A DNA stretch of 64,000 nt, taken from assembly GCA_040770645.1 (NCBI GenBank), contig JAXGIS010000002.1, positions 20,962 to 84,961 on the forward strand, read 5' to 3'. A model generated the notes under the pieces. That model saw only the letters and a program-made list of their open reading frames with translations. It made no database searches and was not told the DNA's origin. Source of the stretch: Thermoleophilia bacterium. GTDB lineage: Bacteria > Actinomycetota > Thermoleophilia > RBG-16-64-13. Below are positions 49,541-59,459 of the stretch, piece after piece (within the stretch, counting starts at the first letter, position 1; the number at the start of each line of letters is the position of its first letter). The position numbers were made by a program, and so were the translations under genes.

Positions 49541-50869
49541 TTATATGCCAAACATTTGGAACGGATTCCTGGGCATCTTCCCCGAACCGATCTGCTTCAT
49601 CATCTTCTGCATCTGTTTGAACTGGTTGAGCAGTTGGTTCACGGCTTGGATCTCGCTACCCGACCCCGCCGCGATCCTGCGCCGTCGGCTGCCGCCGATC
49701 ATGTCGGGGTGGCGCCGCTCTTCGGGGGTCATGGACTGGATGATGGCTTGGATGCGGTCGAAGGCCTTGTCGTCGATCTGCAGGTTGCGCAGCTTGGACG
49801 TAGGCAGGCCGGGAATCATGGAGAGGATGGACTGCAGCGAGCCCATCTTGCGCACCTGCTCCAGTTGATCCAAGAAGTCATCGAAGGTGAACTGGCTCTT
49901 GAGGAGCCGCTTCTCCAACTCGGCCGCGCGTTTGGCGTCGAGCGACTGCTCCGCCTTCTCGATCAGCGAGAGCATGTCCCCCATCCCCAGGATGCGAGAG
50001 GCCATGCGGTCGGGGTGGAAGTACTCAAAGCCGTCGAGCTTCTCACCCGTGCTCACGAACTTGACCGGCTTGCCGGTCACGGCCCGCACGGACAGGGCCG
50101 CGCCGCCCCGGGCGTCGCCGTCGAGCTTGGTGAGCACAATGCCGTCCAGATCCACCTTGGCCTGGAACTGCTGGGCCACGTTCACGGCGTCTTGGCCGGT
50201 CATGGAGTCCACCACCAACAGGATGTTGTGTGGCTTCACGTTCTGGCGGATGCGGGCCAGCTCCTCCATGAGCCGCTCGTCGATGTGCAGACGGCCGGCC
50301 GTGTCGATGATGACCACGTCGCGTCCGTCCTCGCGCGCCTTGGCTACACCGTGCTCGGCGATGTCCACCGGGTCCGAGGTGGTGCCCTCGTCATACACCG
50401 GGACTTTGAGCTGCGCCCCCAGCGCCTTGAGCTGATCCACGGCCGCCGGGCGATAGACGTCACCCGCCACCAGGAGGGGGCTCTTCCCCTGGGCCAGCAG
50501 GAAGTTGGCCAGCTTACCGCAGGCCGTAGTCTTGCCCGAGCCCTGCAATCCCACCATCATGATGACGGTGGGCGGCCGCGAGGAGAAAGCCAGTTTGTTG
50601 GCCGTGGAGCCCATGAGCGTGGTGAGCTCCTGGTTCACGATCTTGACCACCTGCTGGGCCGGCGTCAGGCTCTCCAAGACCTCGGCGCCCAGGGAGCGCT
50701 CCTTGATGCGGGCCACGAACTCCTTCACCACTTTGAAGTTCACGTCGGCTTCGAGCAGGGCCAAGCGGATCTCACGGGCCACCCGCTCGATATCGGCTTC
50801 AGTCAGTTTTCCGTGGCCCTTCAGGCCGCCGAGGGCTCCTTGCAGCCGATCGGACAGGGATTCGAACAC
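49541..50869 (-). CDS. ffh: signal recognition particle protein Ffh
   Basis: GLQGSGKTTACGKLA, DTAGRLH, and a Met-rich M domain. GTG start at 50869, with GGAG 8 nt upstream. Confidence 0.96.
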   Translation of the reverse strand: MFESLSDRLQGALGGLKGHGKLTEADIERVAREIRLALLEADVNFKVVKEFVARIKERSLGAEVLESLTPAQQVVKIVNQELTTLMGSTANKLAFSSRPPTVIMMVGLQGSGKTTACGKLANFLLAQGKSPLLVAGDVYRPAAVDQLKALGAQLKVPVYDEGTTSDPVDIAEHGVAKAREDGRDVVIIDTAGRLHIDERLMEELARIRQNVKPHNILLVVDSMTGQDAVNVAQQFQAKVDLDGIVLTKLDGDARGGAALSVRAVTGKPVKFVSTGEKLDGFEYFHPDRMASRILGMGDMLSLIEKAEQSLDAKRAAELEKRLLKSQFTFDDFLDQLEQVRKMGSLQSILSMIPGLPTSKLRNLQIDDKAFDRIQAIIQSMTPEERRHPDMIGGSRRRRIAAGSGSEIQAVNQLLNQFKQMQKMMKQIGSGKMPRNPFQMFGI

Positions 50870-50917
50870 TCGAGGCGCTCCACACGTATTGGATCATGCA
50901 TCAGACGCAGACAAAGC

Positions 50918-50946
50918 AGTTTACCGGCGCCGCCGGACCCCGTCAA
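50918..50946 (-). promoter_or_regulatory. candidate sigma-70-type promoter for ffh (TTGACG - 17 nt - TAAACT)
   Basis: Minus strand ccggtTTGACGgggtccggcggcgccggTAAACTgcttt, about 45 nt upstream of the ffh start. A 7-bp hairpin, CGGCCGT...ACGGCCG, lies immediately upstream. Confidence 0.45.
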
Positions 50947-51106
50947 ACCGGGCGGCCGTCCGCAACCACGGCCGGCACGCGGGCGCCCGCGTTGTGCGCC
51001 TACTGAACGAATCTCCCGGCACCATGCGGCGTTGCGCCGAGTTCGCGGAGAGCGGAGACCGTGGGCGCCACTGCCTCGCTCGCAGGAGCCAAGACCAAGA
51101 GCGAGA

Positions 51107-52123
51107 CTAGGAAGACTTCAGTAGCTCGTCTGAGAAGAGCAACTCCGTGAAGCCGGCGGCGTCAAACGGCTGCAGATCGGTCATGTTCTCTCCCACCCCG
51201 ATAAGCTTGATGGGAAGGTCCAGCTCGTGGGAAACGGCCACGGCGATACCGCCCTTGGCGGTGCCGTCCATCTTGGTGAGCACCACGCCGGTCACTCCCA
51301 CCGCTTCCTTGAACAGGCGCGCCTGTACCAGCCCGTTTTGGCCGGTGGTGGCGTCGATGGTGAGCAGAGTCTCGTGAGGAGCGTCGGGCACCTGCTTCTG
51401 GATAACCCGCACGATTTTTTCCAGTTCGCGCATGAGGTTGACTTGGGTGTGCAGCCGGCCAGCCGTGTCGATAATGACCACGTCGCTACCGCGGGCCTGC
51501 GCCGCGCTGATCCCGTCGAATACAACGGCTCCGGGGTCGCTGCCCCGCTCCTGTTTCACAACCTCCACATCCACGCGCCGGCCCCATTCCTGCAACTGCT
51601 CGACCGCCGCGGCTCGAAAGGTGTCGCCCGCCACCAGGAGTGGTTTTCGCCCCAGTTCCTTGAGGTGCCAAGCGATCTTGCCGATGGTGGTGGTCTTGCC
51701 CGTGCCGTTGACTCCCGCCATGAGGATCACGGCCGGATTGTGTGCCACGTCGATGCGGGTGTCTCCGGTGGAGAAGAGCCCCGCCGTTACGCTCCGCAAT
51801 CCTCGCACCAGTTCCGCCGCCCCCGATATGCGGCCGGCCGCCGCCATCTTCTCGAGCTCCTCCACGATGGCCACCGTGCTGGTCACGCCGATGTCTGCCG
51901 CGATGAGCGCTTCTTCGATGCGCTCCCAGTACTCCTCATCGATGCGGTCGGAGAGAATGGCCGAGAGCTGCTGGGCCAAGGCTTTGCGGCTCCGGCTGAG
52001 CCCCTCCCTCAGGCTGCGGAACCAGCCTTTGCGGCCTTTCTCCTGCACCTCCGTTTCAGTCGCGTCCGGCACGGCAGCGCCCGGCGACACTCCCAGGAAT
52101 ACCTCAGACCAGTCGTAAGACAC
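51107..52123 (-). CDS. ftsY: signal recognition particle receptor FtsY
   Basis: GVNGTGKTTTIGKIA and DTAGRLH. The likely GTG start at 52123 has GGAGG 7 nt upstream. The track ORF extends to 52219. Confidence 0.93.
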   Translation of the reverse strand: MSYDWSEVFLGVSPGAAVPDATETEVQEKGRKGWFRSLREGLSRSRKALAQQLSAILSDRIDEEYWERIEEALIAADIGVTSTVAIVEELEKMAAAGRISGAAELVRGLRSVTAGLFSTGDTRIDVAHNPAVILMAGVNGTGKTTTIGKIAWHLKELGRKPLLVAGDTFRAAAVEQLQEWGRRVDVEVVKQERGSDPGAVVFDGISAAQARGSDVVIIDTAGRLHTQVNLMRELEKIVRVIQKQVPDAPHETLLTIDATTGQNGLVQARLFKEAVGVTGVVLTKMDGTAKGGIAVAVSHELDLPIKLIGVGENMTDLQPFDAAGFTELLFSDELLKSS

Positions 52124-52148
52124 GTCATGTCCTCCGTTGTAGTGCGGG

Positions 52149-55100
52149 CTAACCTGCGCGGGCTTCGGTCTCGGGCGCCCCGCTCCGTAGCCGGCGTGAC
52201 AGCACGCGCGACACCCCATCGGTGCCCATGGTCACACCGTACAGCGTATCGGCGATCTCCATGGTGCGGCGCTGATGAGTGATGATCAGGAACTGAGTCC
52301 GGTCTTGAGTGGCGCATGCTGTCCACGAAGGCGATGAACCGGCGCAGGTTGGTGTCGGCAAGCGCCGCCTCCACCTCATCGAGGATATAGAAAGGACAGG
52401 GCCGCGCCAAGAACAGTGCGAAAAGGAAGGCAATGGCGGCCAGGGCCTTCTCGCCGCCCGATAGCAGGGTCAGGGTGCGCGGCGCCTTTTGGGGAAGCTT
52501 GATGAAGATCTGGACCCCGGCGGGGGGTCGGCGAAGCCCACGATCTACTGTGTCCTCCTCCGGCTCACCCGGCTCCGCCTCCACCGCCTCCTCCAGCCTG
52601 AGTTCACCACGGCCGCCCGGGAACAGTACGGCCACCATCTCCGCGAAGTTGGCGGCGGTCTGCGTGAAGAACTCAGAAAACACGCGCGTGGTGTGCTCAT
52701 CCAGGTCGCGAATGATCCGCCGCAGTTCGTTCAAGGAGTCCTCGAGGTCCTTCCGTTGCTCCTTCAGGAAGGCCAAACGCTCCGCGGTTTCACGATACTC
52801 GCGATCGGCCAGGGGGTTCACAGGCCCCAGAGCCTCGAGCCGGCGACGCAACTGCTCGACTTTGGTTTCTGCGACATCTACATCGAGCGCGCCGGCTTCC
52901 TCCGCCGTTACCGCCCGCGGCGACAGATGCCGCTGCTTGAGCACTCCCAAACGCTCACGGGCATCACCCAGGGCGTCCTGCGCGTGCGCCAGTCGCACCT
53001 GCAGATCCACCGCTTCCTCGCTGCAGTCGGTCAACGTCCGCTGCAAGTGGGATTCACGGTCCGCCATGCGCCGCAACATGTCGGCGAAACCGGCCGTCGT
53101 CTGCCGGGAGACCTGTATCTGCGCCTCGGCCTGAGCCGCAAAACCGGCCCCCCTCTCCGCCAAGGCCTCCATCACTCCAAGTAGATCCCGCGCCGCGGGC
53201 AAAGCCGCCCTCAGCGCCTGCACACGCCGGCGCACCCCGGCCAAACGCCCCTGTAGAAGCGAGCATTCTCCGGTGACACGTGCGTGCTCCGCCTCATGCG
53301 CCCTCACCCGCTCACGCAGTCGGGCTTCGAGGACCGACGCCTGGGCGCGCTTCTCCTCCAACCGTGCCACCGTTTCCCGCACACGGGAAGCCTGCTCACG
53401 CTCGGCGGCAAGCACAACGCGCGACTCCTGCAATTCACGCTCAGCTTCGAGCACACTCTCCCGGAGATACTCCACCTCCTCGCGCAAAGAGGTCTCGGCC
53501 GCCCCCAGATGCTCGCCCTCTGTCTGCAGACGCTCGGCCACCTCAGTGGCGTCCCGCAGGCGGCGCTCCACGCCTTCCGCCTCTTCAATCAGTTGCGCGG
53601 CTTCCGTCCGCGCCGCGGCCGCAGCCTTCTCCCGAGCCTCACGTTCGGCGTGGGCCTCACCCAGGGTGCGCTCGGCCGCCACCGCCGCCCCCTGAGCCTC
53701 GGCAAGTGCCGTCCGCGCCTCCCGCAACTCCCGTTCGAGTTCCTCCACCGCCCGCCGGGCACGCAGTAAGGCCTCCGGACCCGCCGCCGCCCTACGTGCG
53801 GCATGGAACTCGCCCCGCAACAACTCCCCACTCAGGGTGACCACCAGTCTCCCGCCCGCGCCACCTGAGGCATCTGCGGCCGCCTCGGCTTCGCGGAGTT
53901 CGCGGACCACCACTACTTCCGGCAAGAGCCGCATGAGCACCGACCGCACGCCGCTGGGTACCCCTATCACTTCCCACAAGCTCCAAGGGCCGGGCTCCTC
54001 CGGCCGAAGCGCCTCGGTGCCGGCGGAGCCATCCACTGCCCCCCGGCTCCCCGGGCCATCCCACACCCCGTCCACGGCCGCCAGCACCTCCATGGTGCCG
54101 GCCGTACCTGCCAACAGCTCGGCCGACACCCGGCCCTCCACCAACACGGCATCGGCCAACGGACCCAGGGCAGCCGCCACGGCCCGTTCAAAACCGGGGC
54201 GCACATCCAAGTGCTCCACCAACAAACCGGCCGACCCCAAGGTGCGCAGCAGTTCCCGGCCCCGTCGGGGAGACCCTCCCGACGTTCCGCCGTTTGTCGC
54301 GCGATCCGCGCGCGTCCCTCCAAAGTGGCCACGCGCTCTTCGGCCCGTCGGGAAGCGGCGCGGGCCTCTCCAAGCTGTTGGCGCGCCGCCGCCGCCGTGG
54401 CGGCGGCGGCGCGGGCGGCGGCGGCGGCCGGTTCGGCCGCCGCCGCCGCCTCATCCCGGCGACGCACCGTGACCGCCAGCTCCTGCCGCAGCACCTCCAC
54501 AGCCTCCCCGGCTTCCAGTCCCTTGGTCTGGGCCTGCCCACGGCGACGGCTCAACTCGGCGATCTCCCGCTCCAGCAATTCGGCCTTCTGTCTATCCCGC
54601 GAGCGCGCCCCTTCCAGGTCCAGGATGCGATCCTTGTGGGCATCTTCCTGCTCCCGGCTGCGAACCGCCAGCGGACGCAGTCTCTCCAGCTCCACCGTCA
54701 CCTGCTGCCCCAAGGACCGCACTTTGGCCAGTCGGCCCACTCCCCACCCTTCCGGGTGGCCCAAGGCCGCCAGCCGCGCCTGCACGTTGGCCAGGTCGGC
54801 GCCGTCCACCGCCTCCCGCCGCTCCAGCCGGCCCAGATCGGCCTCCCAGCGCCCGATGCGCTGCGCGAGATCGTCGCGGCGCTCGCGGAGCCGCCGCGCC
54901 TCCGACTGAATCCGATTCACCGCGGCCGCCTGCGCTTCCCGAACCGCCAACGCCTGCGTGAAGCCCCGCTCTTCGTTCTCGCGGCTCGTGCGCAGCCGGG
55001 TCAGCTCTTGTTCCGCCTCCTGCCGCCGCTCCGTCACGGTGGCCACTTCTCGAGTCAGTCTGTTCTGCTGCGCCTCCAGCTCCATGATCTCGCGCAGAGT

Positions 55101-55790
55101 CAGCGTGGCCTCCACCCGTGCAATGCGCTCGCTCAGTTCCTGATGGCGCTGAGCGGCATTGACCTGTTGCTTCAGCGGCCGCAGGGCATTGCGCACTTCG
55201 TGCTCGATATCCCCCACCCGCGCCAAGTCCGCGCTCACGCGCTCCAGTTTGGTAGCCGTCCGCTCTCTGCGCTTCTTCAGCAACATCAGACCGGCCGCCT
55301 CTTCCACCAAAGCGCGTCGCGCCGCCGGACTGGAGTTGAGCAACTCCTCCACGCGCCCCTGGCTGATGACGCTGTGCATCTCACGGCCCAAGCCCACAGC
55401 CGCGCAGAGTTCCTGCACATCGAGCAGCCTGCGGGGCACTCCGTTCACGATGTAGTGAGAGGTACCGTCCCGCAACAGGCGGCGGGTGATCTCCACCTCC
55501 GCATATCCGCCCGGGAACGCCCCGCCCGAGTTCTCGAAGAGCAGACGCACCTCAGCGGCGCCCGAAGCCTTGTGACCATCCGAGCCGGCAAAGATGACAT
55601 CCTGCATGGCTTTGCCGCGAAGCGTGCCCGGGCTCTGCTCGCCCAACGCCCACAGTACGGCATCAGCCAGGTTGCTCTTCCCGCTGCCGTTGGGGCCTAT
55701 GATCACGGTGACCCCCGGCTCGAACACCAGCTCTGTAGGCCGAGCGAAGGTCTTGAATCCCCGTAGCGAGAACGCCTTCAAGAACGCCAC
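52149..55790 (-). pseudogene. smc: chromosome segregation protein SMC, two frameshifts
   Basis: The N-terminal head GPNGSGKSNLADAV is in ORF 53967..55790. The hinge through the signature [13 protein letters not shown] and Walker [12 protein letters not shown] is in ORF 52009..54240. The C-terminal [24 protein letters not shown] is in ORF 52149..52433. The joins are near 54255 (a G/C run) and near 52305. Confidence 0.9.
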
Positions 55791-56518
55791 TCGTGCTCCC
55801 CCCTGTTGAGCAGCCCCAGCCGGGCCAGCGCCTCCAGCGCGGCCGCCTGTTCGCTCTTCTTGATGGAGCGGCCCATGCCCCGACCGTACTCCCGGCCGTC
55901 GATGGAGACGATCGACGTGAACATCCGCTCGTGAGGCGGACCCGCCTGATTGACCACCGTGTACGCCACCGTCTTCCCCTCAGCAGCCAGCGCCTCCTGC
56001 AGGGCGCTCTTGCAGTCGACCAAGTGCTGGAGAGCGTGATCCATCCTGGCGGAGAAGGCATCGGCCACCCGCCCGGCCACGCTCGCGTAGCCAAAGGCCA
56101 GGAACGCAGCCCCCACCAGGGCCTCGAGGACATTCCCCAATAGAGTGAGGTTCTCCGCCATCTCCCTGCGTTCCTCCTCACCCACCGGCGAGGCGTACAT
56201 AATGAACTCAGGTAGACCCAGCGACCGCGCCACTATCCCACAACTCGTGCGAGAGACGGCGTACGCTTTGATCTTGGCCAGTCGTCCTTCGTTGGCGCCG
56301 GGCAGCCACTCATACAAGCGCGCGGCCACGGCCAGCCCCAATACGCTGTCGCCCAGGAACTCAAGCCGCTCGTAGGATTCGGTCCGGTCCTCCACCGAGT
56401 GTGGATGCGTCAAGGCTTGGAACAGCAGCGGCTTCGGGAGATCCCGGAATAGGTCCATTAACGAAACCGGGGGCCTCTCGCCTCCCGGCGATAGACCCCC
56501 GGTTTCAGTCACCTTCAC
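55778..56518 (-). CDS. rnc: ribonuclease III
   Basis: Signature ERLEFLGDSVLGL, with a C-terminal dsRBD. The start is GTG 56518 or GTG 56512. Confidence 0.94.
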   Translation of the reverse strand: MKVTETGGLSPGGERPPVSLMDLFRDLPKPLLFQALTHPHSVEDRTESYERLEFLGDSVLGLAVAARLYEWLPGANEGRLAKIKAYAVSRTSCGIVARSLGLPEFIMYASPVGEEERREMAENLTLLGNVLEALVGAAFLAFGYASVAGRVADAFSARMDHALQHLVDCKSALQEALAAEGKTVAYTVVNQAGPPHERMFTSIVSIDGREYGRGMGRSIKKSEQAAALEALARLGLLNRGEHEWRS

Positions 56519-56520
56519 TC

Positions 56521-56754
56521 CTAGACGCGCGCTACGATGAAGTCAACTGCATCTCCGACGGTCAAGCATGGTCTCGCTGTCGGAGATCTTGATGCCGAAC
56601 TGATCTTCCAACTCCATGATCAGTTGCACCAAGTCCAAGCTGTCCGCGTCCAAATCCTCCTGAAGGACGCCTCCGGCGTCACCGCCTCCTCGGGCACCCC
56701 CAACTGTTCCACGAGGATGGCGCGCACCTTAGCGAAAATGTCGTCCCTTCCCAT
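56521..56754 (-). pseudogene. acpP: acyl carrier protein, one deletion plus one insertion (net zero)
   Basis: My own translation gives [31 protein letters not shown], then the frame is lost. [33 protein letters not shown] (the DSL attachment site) is in a second frame. [13 protein letters not shown] plus the stop is back in the first frame. The indels are near 56658-56666 and 56563-56567. Confidence 0.85.
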
Positions 56755-56801
56755 CAAGGCCTTGTGTGTCGAACTCCCACCGGTCCGGCCGAACAGCTTT
56801 C

Positions 56802-56810
56802 ATTGTAGCA
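56802..56810 (-). promoter_or_regulatory. candidate extended -10 element TGCTACAAT upstream of acpP
   Basis: Minus strand ccgctgtTGcTACAATgaaagc, about 48 nt upstream of the acpP ATG in the 126-nt plsX-acpP spacer. Confidence 0.35.
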
Positions 56811-56880
56811 ACAGCGGGGATTCGGGGCGGGCGGTGCACTTGTACACCACCCCCGGCTACTCCCGCGTCACTCCCTACCC

Positions 56881-57917
56881 TCAGACCCCCCTAGTCCCCT
56901 CACTCCCCTCCGACACGGCAGGAGTCAGTTCCGCCTCCAACAGCGCCGGCAGGCTCGCCACCAGGCCGTTGCGGACGGCACGCGCCCCAGCGCAGGGCGT
57001 TGGCGATGGCCCGCCGTGAGGAACTGCCGTGGCAGATGATCAGTGAGCCCCCGTACCCCCAAGAGGTATGTGCCCCCATACTCCTCGGGATCGAGTGACG
57101 ACTGTCATCTGGCGCAGAGCCGGGCGCAGCAGTAGCCTCCCACCTTGGACCGCACGCTCGATCCCGCGGCCGCGCGTAGGCGCTCGAGCGCCTCCGGCGG
57201 TGCCTTCCAGTAGTTTCAGGGCCACGTTGCCCGTGAACCCGTCGGTCACCACTACGTCGGCGGTGTTGTAGAGAACAGCGCGCCCTTCAACATTGCCCAC
57301 GAAGTTCAAGGGGGACGCCGCCAATAGCTTGTGGGCCTCCACCGCCAGTTCACTCCCCTTGGAGTCCTCCTCACCGATATTGAGCAGGCCCACGCGCGGG
57401 CGATCTATGCCCAGGACAAAACTCGCGAACGCCGCTCCCATCAACCCAAACTCCAGAAGATATTCGGGCTTACAATCGGCATTGGCTCTACAAGAACGCC
57501 ACCGGCCCCTGCAGGCCCGGCAGAACCAGAATGCTACCGCCTCACCCTCCTGATGCGCTTGACCACCAGCAGGCTAAGTGGCATCCCGCCCGTGCTGCCG
57601 CCGACGCAACGTCGGCGCGCCCTCGGCCACCAGCCTGGCTCCCACCACGATCGATCGATTGCTGTGCGGACCGCCCACGCGGGCTCGTCGTGCGGAGAAA
57701 TGATGTCGAGCGAAGGTACTATCTCTACATAGCGAACGGTCTCACTCGCGGCAGCGTCCAGAAGCGGCTGTATGATCTCGGGCTCCCCACCAGGCCGCCA
57801 CACGTACTTGGGGCGATGCCACCTCCAATGCGCCGGCTACACGATTTCTTGGGGTCCCTGGTCGCCACCTTCCGCGTCCAGCGCCATCGTCACCGGGCTA
57901 CTACCTGCCTCCGTCAT
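56881..57917 (-). pseudogene. plsX: phosphate acyltransferase PlsX, many frame changes
   Basis: The motifs are recoverable only by frame hopping. They are MALDAEGGDQGPQEIV (N-terminus), GEPEIIQPLL...[53 protein letters not shown] (ORF 57040..57444), DPEEYGG..LLGVRGL, and ICHGSSSRRAIANAL. The stop is TGA at 56881-56883. The start is ATG 57917 or GTG 57893. Confidence 0.8.
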
Positions 57918-58177
57918 CCTGCCCACCACCGGCTCGTTGTTGTGGGTGCTGCGCCTTGCGCGGCCGCCCCCTCGGCAGCATGTGAGCCACCGGGTATGGA
58001 CGAGGTGCTGCGGTGAACCCTCCCAGCCGACACCGTCGACGCCCGGTCGGTGACAAAAGAACTTGCGCAGTGAACGAATGTTCGATAAAATACCCGTGTG
58101 AGTATAAGCAGTGGGGGGGATTGCCGTTACGCGGCAGGCCGCGGTGGCCGAACCGCATCTTTCCGCGTAGTGCGCCG

Positions 58178-58206
58178 TTACAAGGCAGTCGGTCTAGATT
58201 TATAGT
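58178..58206 (+). promoter_or_regulatory. candidate promoter for the plus-strand sigma gene (TTACAA - 17 nt - TATAGT)
   Basis: Forward strand gTTACAAggcagtcggtctagattTATAGTatact, in the only markedly AT-rich part of the divergent region. It lies about 110 nt upstream of ATG 58318. Confidence 0.3.
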
Positions 58207-58317
58207 ATACTGTGTGGGTTGTATTCTCGCCCGGACACACTGTGGTCGGGGCGTTTTGTCATAGGCAATGCGAAGGACGGTTGATTCGCCAGATGAGAGT
58301 GGAAGGGGTCTGCGGAT

Positions 58318-59388
58318 ATGTCCGTTGTGGAAGAACGACCGATTCTGGATGTCCAGGATCGATTGGCGGCTGGGCAAGAACGCGGTCTTCGTCACCAGTG
58401 ACGAGATCATGGCCATGGTCGAGGAATAAGGACATGTCCACGGACTCTATTGAGGACCTTTATGCGCAGTTGTTCGATCTGTCGATCGAGGTGTTCGAAC
58501 AGAATCCCATGAGCCATGGGCAGTTGGAGCATGCCGAGGCGCTGGACCTGTCCATCGACACGGTTACGCACGATCCCCTGCGCCTTTACCTCAAGGAGGC
58601 GGGCGAGATCCTCTCCTCACCAAGGAAGAGAGGAGATAGAGCTGGCCAAGCGGGATCGAACATGGACAAGCGGTCCAAGGACTGTATGATCCAATCCAAC
58701 CTGCGGCTGGTCATATCCATCGCCAAGAACTACTACACCCAGGACATGGATCTGTTGGATCTCATCCAGGAGGGCAATACCGGCCTCATCCGCGCCGTGG
58801 AGAAATTGACTACCGCAAAGGGTACAAGTTCTCCACCTACGCCACTTGGTGGATCCGGCAAGCCATCACCAGGCCATTGCCAACCAGATCGCAACATCCG
58901 CATCCCCGTGCACATGATCGAGCGCGCATCAACAAGATGGTGCGCACGCGGAGCGCAGAATGTTGCAGGAGACGGGCAAAGAGCCCACCGATGAGGATCT
59001 GGCCTGTGAACTGGGCGTGGAACCCGACGAGATCCGGGAGGTGCGCAAGATAGCTCAGCGCACCACGTCGCTCGAGACACCCATCGGCGATGAGGAAGAT
59101 GCGGAGTTGGTGACTTCATCGAGAACCACAGCACACCCGACCCGGCCGAAGTGGTCAGCACCATCATCGCCCGGGAGAGCCTGCAGCGTGTTCTGCGCAG
59201 CATGGATGAGCGCGCGCAAGCAGTGGTGGAGCTCCGTTTCGGACTCAAGGGCGAGCACCCGCGCACCCTGGCCGAGGTCAGTTCGCGTTTCAACGTCAGT
59301 CGGGAACGTATTCGCCAGATCGAAGCCAAAAGCGCTGGAGCAAATCAAGGCTGCAGACGAAATCCAGGCCATGAGGGAAACGGCCTGA
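58318..59388 (+). pseudogene. sigA: RpoD/SigA-type (group 1/2) sigma-70 factor, about 9-10 indels
   Basis: Region 1.1 (MSVVEERPILDVQDRLAAGQERG / FVTSDEIMAMVEE / DMSTDSIEDLYAQLFDLSIEV) is already split over three frames. The remaining motifs are also spread over three frames: 1.2 DPLRLYLKEAGEI, 2 [70 protein letters not shown], 3 LQETGKEPTDEDLACELG, and 4 TLAEVSSRFNVSRERIRQIEAKALEQIK. These lie in ORFs 58212..58994, 58960..59388 and 59151..59630. The stop is TGA at 59386-59388. Confidence 0.85.
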
Positions 59389-59459
59389 CACAGAAACGGT
59401 GGAGGCGCCGGCGCAGCCGCCGCCGACAGGGGCCGCCTACGGGAGGAGAACCCGGTTCC

